Assembly (NCBI GenBank): GCA_947589535.1
Contig: CANQAS010000001.1
Span: forward strand, 12,101-76,100
DNA: 64,000 bases
Source: an uncultured Bacilli bacterium
GTDB taxonomy: Bacteria > Bacillota_I > Bacilli_A > RF39 > UBA660
Reading direction: 5' to 3'
A model generated the notes under the pieces. The model saw only the letters and a list, made by a program, of their open reading frames with translations. It had not been told where the DNA came from and did no database searches. Each line of letters opens with the position of its first letter. Positions within the stretch are counted from its first letter, which is position 1. Shown in pieces: positions 58,366 to 64,000 of the stretch. The position numbers and the translations under genes are program-made.

Positions 58366-58474
58366 AAAACATCACACCTTCAATATTTATATTCTATCAT
58401 AAAAATCATATTTTTTAAATAAATAATAGAACAAATGTATTATATATACACCTGATGTCATCTATTTTACCATA

Positions 58475-58510
58475 CAATATAAAAAATGGTTATGTAAATT
58501 TTAACCATTT
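58475..58510 (-). terminator. rho-independent terminator after the DUF3419-like gene
   Basis: 9-bp stem AAATGGTTA / TAACCATTT with a 9-nt loop, followed on the minus strand by TTTTTATATT. Confidence 0.6.
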
Positions 58511-59428
58511 TTACAAATTCTTATAAAGTGTAAGTATTTTATCCTCTTCTTCTATATCAAATAAAACATTACCATGAGCATCAACAAACTCTTTGTTTAC
58601 TCTATTTTTTCCGAGTATTTGTAAACCCGGGATTGCAGAACCATATCCAAATTGAACTAAAGAATCGGGTTCAAGATTAACTTTTATTTTATCTAATAAT
58701 ATTAACATACGATTAAGTTTTTCTTCATCAAAATAACTTGTAATATTTGAAAATACCATCGATGAATATTTTTTATTACCTATATGTTTTTTCAAATCAA
58801 ATATATCACAATCATAGTAATTTATATTTTCAACGTTTTTTAGTTTATCCTTAAGTTCATAATATTTTTCTTTTTGTAAATATCCACTGTAAGCTGGAAT
58901 AAAATTATAATTTATTAGTACGGCAACTTTAGTATTTATACTTCTTATAAAATCATAAAATAACTCAAAAAAATAAGCGTATAAATCTGGCATATTTAAA
59001 AGGATTTTATCAAAATAAGTAATATTTATATTTTGAAGAAAATTTAAGTTTTTCTTTATGTTTATAGGATTTAGATCATTTATTTTATAAAACTTTTTAA
59101 ACTGTTTATAGCTCAATGATTTTATTGCCGCTATTTTTAATTCTGAAAAATATTTTGCTAATTTATTTTTATCAAAGCAATCTATTTTTGTAGCTCCATT
59201 TAATATAGCAAATAAAGATTGATCACCTGATGAAGTTACCGTAAGTATTCTATTACTTAAATCTAAATATTTAAAGATTATTTTTAGCTTTTCATTAGTA
59301 AACGGATATATATAGCCGTATTTTGAAAAACTCTGTTCAACATCATACGGAATAAGTGATTCAAAAAAAGATACCCTTATTTTAAGATTATTAATATCAT
59401 TTATAACATCTTCTTTTGTTATATTCAT
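58511..59428 (-). CDS. DUF3419 / BtaA-like SAM-dependent-transferase-fold protein
   Basis: ILTVTSSGDQSLFAILNGATKIDCFDKN...ELKIAAIKSLSYKQFKKFY fits my memory of the DUF3419 pattern (itSaGdn.L...DlNp.Q..LleLK.aa...L.y.eF). Confidence 0.5.
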   Translation of the reverse strand: MNITKEDVINDINNLKIRVSFFESLIPYDVEQSFSKYGYIYPFTNEKLKIIFKYLDLSNRILTVTSSGDQSLFAILNGATKIDCFDKNKLAKYFSELKIAAIKSLSYKQFKKFYKINDLNPINIKKNLNFLQNINITYFDKILLNMPDLYAYFFELFYDFIRSINTKVAVLINYNFIPAYSGYLQKEKYYELKDKLKNVENINYYDCDIFDLKKHIGNKKYSSMVFSNITSYFDEEKLNRMLILLDKIKVNLEPDSLVQFGYGSAIPGLQILGKNRVNKEFVDAHGNVLFDIEEEDKILTLYKNL

Positions 59429-59454
59429 CTTTCAACACTCATTTCTAAAAATAT

Positions 59455-59483
59455 ATTCTATTAAAAAGAGCATTAACTGTCAA
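59455..59483 (-). promoter_or_regulatory. sigma-A type promoter of the DUF3419-like gene
   Basis: The minus strand reads TTGACA (59483-59478), a 17-nt spacer, then TAGAAT (59460-59455). Confidence 0.5.
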
Positions 59484-59585
59484 TTATTTTCACTAATTAT
59501 ATATTTATTTTAATTGCATTTATTTAATATCTATAAAAGCTATTAAATATTAATTAATCATAATTTTTTTAAGTTTTATATAATT

Positions 59586-61538
59586 TTAGTTTACCTTCAT
59601 TTCAAATATAATATCTCGAAGTTCCATAGCACGTTCAAAATCTAATTCTTTTGCAGCCTTTTGCATTTCTTCTTCTAGCTGTTTAATAACTTTTTCATTA
59701 TGTATTTTCTCACGTTTATTATGTTTTTTATCCTTATATGAATCATCACTTACACTTACTACATCCATTATTTTCTTCTTAATAGTTTGGGGAACAATAC
59801 CGTGTTCTTCATTATATTTAATTTGTATAGCACGTCGTCTTGCTGTCTCGTCAATAGCTGTTTTCATAGCTTCACTTACAATATCACCATACATGATTAC
59901 TCTACCTTCAGAATTTCTTGCACATCTACCAATTGTCTGAATAAGACTTCGATGGCTTCTTAAAAATCCTTGTTTATCTGCATCTAGTATTGCAACTAAA
60001 CTAACTTCCGGAATATCAAGTCCTTCTCTTAAAAGATTTATTCCAACTAAAACATCATACTTACCTTCTCTTAAATCATGTATTATCTTAAGCCTTTCTA
60101 ATGTCTTTACCTCACTATGAAGGTAAGCAACTTTTATATTTAAATTTTTTAAGTAAGAAGTAAGTTCTTCAGCCATACGAATAGTTAAAGTTGTGACTAA
60201 CGTTCTATCTCCTTTACCTATTTGATTTTGTATTTCTTCTATCAAATCATCTATTTGATTTAAAGATTCTCTTACTTCTATTATAGGATCAAGAAGTCCA
60301 GTTGGTCGTATTATTTGTTCTACAACATGATTATTAACTTTTTCTAGTTCTTCATCACCTGGTGTTGCTGAAACATAAATTATTTGATTTATTTTTTCTT
60401 CGAATTCTTCATATCTAAGTGGTCTGTTATCTAAAGCACTTGGTAGTCTAAACCCATAATCAACAAGCATTTGTTTTCTTGCTCTATCTCCATTATACAT
60501 TGCCTTAACTTGTGGTAAAGTTACGTGTGATTCATCTACAACCATTAAAAAATCATCCGGAAAAAAATCTAAAAGACAAGTAGGAGTTTCACCTTCTTGT
60601 TTTAAAGCTAGGTGTCTTGAATAATTTTCTACTCCTGAACAAAAACCTGTTTCTTCAAGCATTTCAAGGTCATACTTACACCTCTGTTCCAGGCGTTCAG
60701 CTTCTAATAATTTACCATTTTTTCTAAAAAATTTTAATCTATCATCTAATTCTTTTTTAATATTAACAATTGCCTTCTTTAATTTTTCTTCCGACGTTAC
60801 GAAATGAGAAGCTGGCATTATTGATATAAATTTTTTATCATGAACGACTGCTCCTGTTAATACGTCAAATTCAGATATCCTATCTATTTCATCCCCAAAT
60901 AACTCAATTCTAATTCCATGACTTTTTTCATAAACAGGAATAACTTCTATAACGTCACCTTTCGCTCTAAAAGTACCACGTACTAAATCAATGTTATTTC
61001 TTTCGTACATCATATCAACTAACTTAGACAATACTTCGTTTCTATTTATTTCCTGTCCAACTTTTAAAGTAAGCATATGGTTTTCATATTCCTCTTTATC
61101 ACCAATACCATATATACATGAAACAGATGCAACTACTATTACATCTTTAGTATTTATAAGCGAGGAAGTCGCATAATGTCTTAATTCATCAATTTCATCA
61201 TTTATTGAAGAATCCTTCTCTATATAAGTGTCACTTGATGGAACATATGCTTCAGGCTGGTAATAATCGTAATAGGAAACGAAGTAACAAACTTGGTTGT
61301 TAGGAAACAACTCTTTTAACTCTGAATATAATTGGCCTGCAAGGGTTTTATTATGTGCTAAAACAAGAGTTGGTTTATTAACTTCTTTAATTACATTGGC
61401 AATTGTAAAAGTTTTACCAGTACCTGTTGCACCTAGTAAAACTTGATACTTCTTACCATTTTTTATTCCATCAGAAAGCTCTTTTATTGCTTCAGGTTGA
61501 TCTCCAGATGGTTTAAATTTCGATACTAAATCAAACAT
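59586..61538 (-). CDS. uvrB: excinuclease ABC subunit B
   Basis: GATGTGKT Walker A, DESH box, and a C-terminal UVR domain ([12 protein letters not shown]). Confidence 0.98.
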   Translation of the reverse strand: MFDLVSKFKPSGDQPEAIKELSDGIKNGKKYQVLLGATGTGKTFTIANVIKEVNKPTLVLAHNKTLAGQLYSELKELFPNNQVCYFVSYYDYYQPEAYVPSSDTYIEKDSSINDEIDELRHYATSSLINTKDVIVVASVSCIYGIGDKEEYENHMLTLKVGQEINRNEVLSKLVDMMYERNNIDLVRGTFRAKGDVIEVIPVYEKSHGIRIELFGDEIDRISEFDVLTGAVVHDKKFISIMPASHFVTSEEKLKKAIVNIKKELDDRLKFFRKNGKLLEAERLEQRCKYDLEMLEETGFCSGVENYSRHLALKQEGETPTCLLDFFPDDFLMVVDESHVTLPQVKAMYNGDRARKQMLVDYGFRLPSALDNRPLRYEEFEEKINQIIYVSATPGDEELEKVNNHVVEQIIRPTGLLDPIIEVRESLNQIDDLIEEIQNQIGKGDRTLVTTLTIRMAEELTSYLKNLNIKVAYLHSEVKTLERLKIIHDLREGKYDVLVGINLLREGLDIPEVSLVAILDADKQGFLRSHRSLIQTIGRCARNSEGRVIMYGDIVSEAMKTAIDETARRRAIQIKYNEEHGIVPQTIKKKIMDVVSVSDDSYKDKKHNKREKIHNEKVIKQLEEEMQKAAKELDFERAMELRDIIFEMKVN

Positions 61539-61745
61539 AATGCCCTCCTCATTGTGATTATCATAAACCTAAAAATTTGGTTGATAAAGATAAATACATC
61601 TAAAATATGCATTTTTGCCATAAATCCACTAAATAACACTAACCAACATTGGTCAATTTACTTTAACTTATTCTATCATTTATTTTATAAGAAAACAATA
61701 TGCCTTAATATTTTTACTCTATTTAATACTAACTATTACAAATAA

Positions 61746-61776
61746 AAAAGTTTATACTTTTTTTGTATAAACTTTT
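61746..61776 (-). terminator. 12-bp perfect hairpin terminator
   Basis: AAAAGTTTATAC-T7-GTATAAACTTTT overlaps the stop of the small interrupted ORF. Confidence 0.6.
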
Positions 61777-62002
61777 ATTGTACTTCACAAGTAAAGCCAT
61801 CTGATTCGGCAGACTTTTTATTATTTCCTAAGGTACTATTATCATCTGATAAATTTTCAAATCCATGTACTTTTAGTGCCTCTTTGCTAGCATTTTCTAC
61901 ATCAATATCTAAAGTAACTTTATACTCATAATTTTAATCATCTTTAGTTACATTTAAACTAACACCATCTTTATCTCTATAACTATTAAACTGATCTAAC
62001 AT
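61775..62002 (-). pseudogene. 75-codon ORF interrupted by an in-frame TAA at codon 23
   Basis: GGGGAG SD, then ATG at 62002. It reads MLDQFNSYRDKDGVSLNVTKDD-TAA(61936-61934)-NYEYKVTLDIDVENASKEALKVHGFENLSDDNSTLGNNKKSAESDGFTCEVQ-TAA. I verified the frame codon by codon. Confidence 0.4.
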
Positions 62003-62035
62003 AAAACTCCCCTAAACTTAAGTTATATATAATTA

Positions 62036-63250
62036 TTATGCCTTATACCGTTTTGCACTTTCTTTTACAATTCCTATTAATATATCACTTTCTGCTTGCA
62101 TATCCTCATAACAAACATATTCATAAACGCTATGGAATGCATCTCCACCAATACCTAAATTAGGGCAAGGAATTCCATTACTAGATAGTCTAGTACCATC
62201 AGTGCCACCTCTTGTTAGAACTGGTTTCATTTCTACTCTTACTTTTTCTGTTGCCGCCAATGCATTTTCTATAATATAAAAATTATCTTTAATAACTTCA
62301 TACATATTATAATAAGAATCTTCTATATTAATTTTTATTTTAATACCATATTTTTTACATAATTTATCTACTATATTTTCTAAAACTTTTTTTCTATCCT
62401 TAAAACTTTTAAAATTGAAATCTCTAATTAAATAATCCATACTTGATTTAGAAGAACTACCATTAATATGATATAAATGATAAAAACCTTCAGCTCCCTC
62501 AGTATTTTCAGGTCTTTCATTAGGAAGCATAGAATCTAATTCTTGTGCTACTCTTAAAGCATTCACCATTTTTCCTTTAGCAGTTCCAGTGTGAGTATTT
62601 ATACCTTCTATTTCTATATAAGCAGTTGCTGCATTAAAATTATTATAAGATATCTCTCCTGCAGCATACCCATCTACAGTATAAGCATAATCTACTGGGA
62701 ATTTTTCATAAGAAAAATTTTCTACTCCATTCCCTATTTCTTCGTCTGGTGTAAAACATACATAAATATCTCCATGTTCGCATTCATTTTTTGAAAAATA
62801 TTCAAGCATATTCATTATTTCTGCAATTCCTGCTTTATCATCTGCTCCTAATAAACTAGTACCATCAGCAGTAATTATAGTTTTACCAATCTTTTTCTTC
62901 AAACTTGGATATGATTCTGGATCAATTATTATTTCGTTTTCTAATTTTATTATAGATCCATCATAATTATAATGAATTATTGGGTTTATTTTATCCGATG
63001 AAACATCTTCCGAGGTATCTAAATGGGAAATAAATCCTACTTTAGAATATTTTTCATTACCTTTTAAAACTGCATAAATATAACATTTTTCTTTATCATA
63101 ATATATATCATTAATTCCTAAATCTTTTAATTCCTCGTATAACAAATTTGCTAATAAAAATTGAGAATTAGTGCTAGGACTTGTTTTGCTTTTTGAATTA
63201 GATGCGGTAGGTATTTTAACATATTTTAAAAATCTATCTAATAATTCCAT
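62036..63250 (-). CDS. pepT: peptidase T (M20B tripeptidase)
   Basis: LLDRFLKYVKIPT N-terminus, with HLDT, GADDKAG and DEEIG metal-site motifs. The start is trimmed to the ATG at 63250, after AAGGAAGGTGA. Confidence 0.9.
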   Translation of the reverse strand: MELLDRFLKYVKIPTASNSKSKTSPSTNSQFLLANLLYEELKDLGINDIYYDKEKCYIYAVLKGNEKYSKVGFISHLDTSEDVSSDKINPIIHYNYDGSIIKLENEIIIDPESYPSLKKKIGKTIITADGTSLLGADDKAGIAEIMNMLEYFSKNECEHGDIYVCFTPDEEIGNGVENFSYEKFPVDYAYTVDGYAAGEISYNNFNAATAYIEIEGINTHTGTAKGKMVNALRVAQELDSMLPNERPENTEGAEGFYHLYHINGSSSKSSMDYLIRDFNFKSFKDRKKVLENIVDKLCKKYGIKIKINIEDSYYNMYEVIKDNFYIIENALAATEKVRVEMKPVLTRGGTDGTRLSSNGIPCPNLGIGGDAFHSVYEYVCYEDMQAESDILIGIVKESAKRYKA

Positions 63251-63398
63251 AATATCACCTTCCTTATCAAATATTATACAATACAAATATAATATCTAAT
63301 CATTATTTTCTAACAAATTTAATCTTAGGAACTAACCGTCCATTTTCAAAACTATTTTCAACACTCATAAATATCCCCTCTGAATAAATAATGAGAAT

Positions 63399-63426
63399 AT
63401 TATATCAATTTTAAATATAAAATCAA
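63399..63426 (-). promoter_or_regulatory. candidate promoter upstream of pepT
   Basis: The minus strand reads TTGATT (63426-63421), a 16-nt spacer, then TATAAT (63404-63399). Confidence 0.4.
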
Positions 63427-63427
63427 G

Positions 63428-63459
63428 TAAAAAACAAAACAGTCATTAGACTGCTTTGT
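63428..63459 (-). terminator. rho-independent terminator after the partial surface-protein gene
   Basis: 11-bp stem with one mismatch, ACAAAGCAGTC-taat-GACTGTTTTGT on the minus strand, followed by T6. Confidence 0.6.
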
Positions 63460-63463
63460 TATA

Positions 63464-64000
63464 TTATTTATTTCTTTTTTTATCATTTATAGTTCTAAGT
63501 ATTCCGATTAAGCTTGATAAACTTACTATTAAAATTACAATAATCACAAACCCAATAGAACTTGATTTTTTAATATTTAATGTATAAATTCTAGAGCTTT
63601 TATCTATTCCCTCTACTTCTATTGTTACTTTACTACCATTTTTAAGATTATTATTACCTTTTATTGTTATTTTAGCATCTTTATCTTCAGCTACTACTTT
63701 TAAATTAAGTTTTTTTGTTTTACTATCAATTTTAATGGTATAGTCTGTTTTTCTCTTATCTAATAATATATTTGAATTTTCTACTTCTAATTTAGTTAAA
63801 AAATTATTAGCTCTAAGTCTGTTAACAATTATCGTATAAGAATAATGCTCATTTAAATTATCCGTTACAATTACGGTTATTTCGTTATCCCCATAAGTTA
63901 ATTTTTGTCCACCATATACTTCGTATTTATATTTATCATTATATAAACCAACATCAACGCTAACTGATGAAATATTAGATTTTACAGTTAACTTAAGTTT
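63464..64000 (-). CDS. C-terminal part of a surface protein with cadherin-like beta-sandwich repeats and a C-terminal TM anchor (5' end outside the window)
   Basis: An open frame runs from the window edge to the TAA at 63466-63464. Repeats of the L..L.V......Y...V......I.V type are present. It ends in IGFVIIVILIVSLSSLIGIL-RTINDKKRNK, with no LPXTG motif. Confidence 0.5.
   Translation of the reverse strand, partial: KLKLTVKSNISSVSVDVGLYNDKYKYEVYGGQKLTYGDNEITVIVTDNLNEHYSYTIIVNRLRANNFLTKLEVENSNILLDKRKTDYTIKIDSKTKKLNLKVVAEDKDAKITIKGNNNLKNGSKVTIEVEGIDKSSRIYTLNIKKSSSIGFVIIVILIVSLSSLIGILRTINDKKRNK

Noticed and set aside
58427-58440. LexA/Cheo-box-like sequence AGAACAAATGTATT upstream of uvrA.
   Set aside because: Only one half-site matches GAAC-N4-GTTC. 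The other half reads GTAT, with 2 mismatches. No comparable site lies upstream of uvrB. This is too weak to call.
13368-62794. The remaining plus-strand ORFs in the track that overlap minus-strand genes. Examples: 14474-14740, 19151-19414, 21274-21754, 24490-24831, 30203-30613, 31158-31493, 34248-34638, 48141-48473, 57065-57430, 62591-62794. Also the minus-strand ORFs antisense to clpP (25065-25361) and to the lemA-like gene (38349-38558).
   Set aside because: The same reasoning applies. They are antisense to well-supported genes, have biased low-complexity composition, and lack ribosome-binding sites.
1-64000. Search for rRNA, tRNA, CRISPR repeats, IS/transposase or integrase genes, and long direct or inverted repeats.
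   Set aside because: I recognised none by eye. All intergenic regions over 100 bp were read on both strands and contain only promoters, terminators, leaders and the small ORFs reported. A computational repeat and tRNA scan would be needed to exclude them formally.

Overview
The window is 64 kb of a very AT-rich chromosome (I estimate under 30% G+C by eye, not computed) from a spore-forming Bacillota organism. The evidence for sporulation is spo0A and a gerQ-like coat gene. Gene content hints at an Erysipelotrichia or Clostridia-like lineage, but I cannot name the organism. About 60 of 63 genes lie on the minus strand, so there is no replication-strand switch and probably no oriC here. In coordinate order the window holds:
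- the 3' part of the ribosomal super-operon, transcribed rpsJ to adk to infA, notably without rpmD (L30) and map;
- a BI-1 family membrane protein and spo0A;
- a fragmented glycolytic region: gap, then two surface-protein genes, then pgk, a flippase-like gene, a GT4 glycosyltransferase and tpiA;
- a TGS-uridine kinase, clpP, a split Nudix gene, cysS, a ClpC-like ATPase, a permease-like protein carrying an inserted TM2 domain, and dusB;
- an orphan three-gene cassette, then femAB-family, pduL, gerQ-like, lemA-like, ung and an EEP nuclease;
- rlmH, walJ, an M23 peptidase, dnaB and rplI, then rpsF-ssb-rpsR and ychF;
- abgT, a DUF951 gene, mscS, parB, parA, whiA and lgt;
- a holin-like gene plus an ArpU-like unit, uvrA, a DUF3419-like gene, uvrB, pepT, and a partial cadherin-like surface protein.

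I saw no rRNA, tRNA, CRISPR array, transposase or integrase. The strongest lead is a G9 homopolymer, the only long G/C run in the window. It sits exactly in the spacer of a TTGACA / TGnTATGTT promoter that drives a self-contained cassette of three uncharacterised proteins (33.7-35.85 kb), so this is a candidate phase-variable system of unknown function. Other leads:
- a Nudix gene split at an A7-TG-A7 tract;
- glycolipid genes embedded in pgk-tpiA;
- a ClpC-like protein with a degenerate second ATPase domain;
- an unannotated 56-codon ORF coupled to the ArpU-like regulator.

All functional calls come from reading the translations against remembered family motifs. No database search was run.
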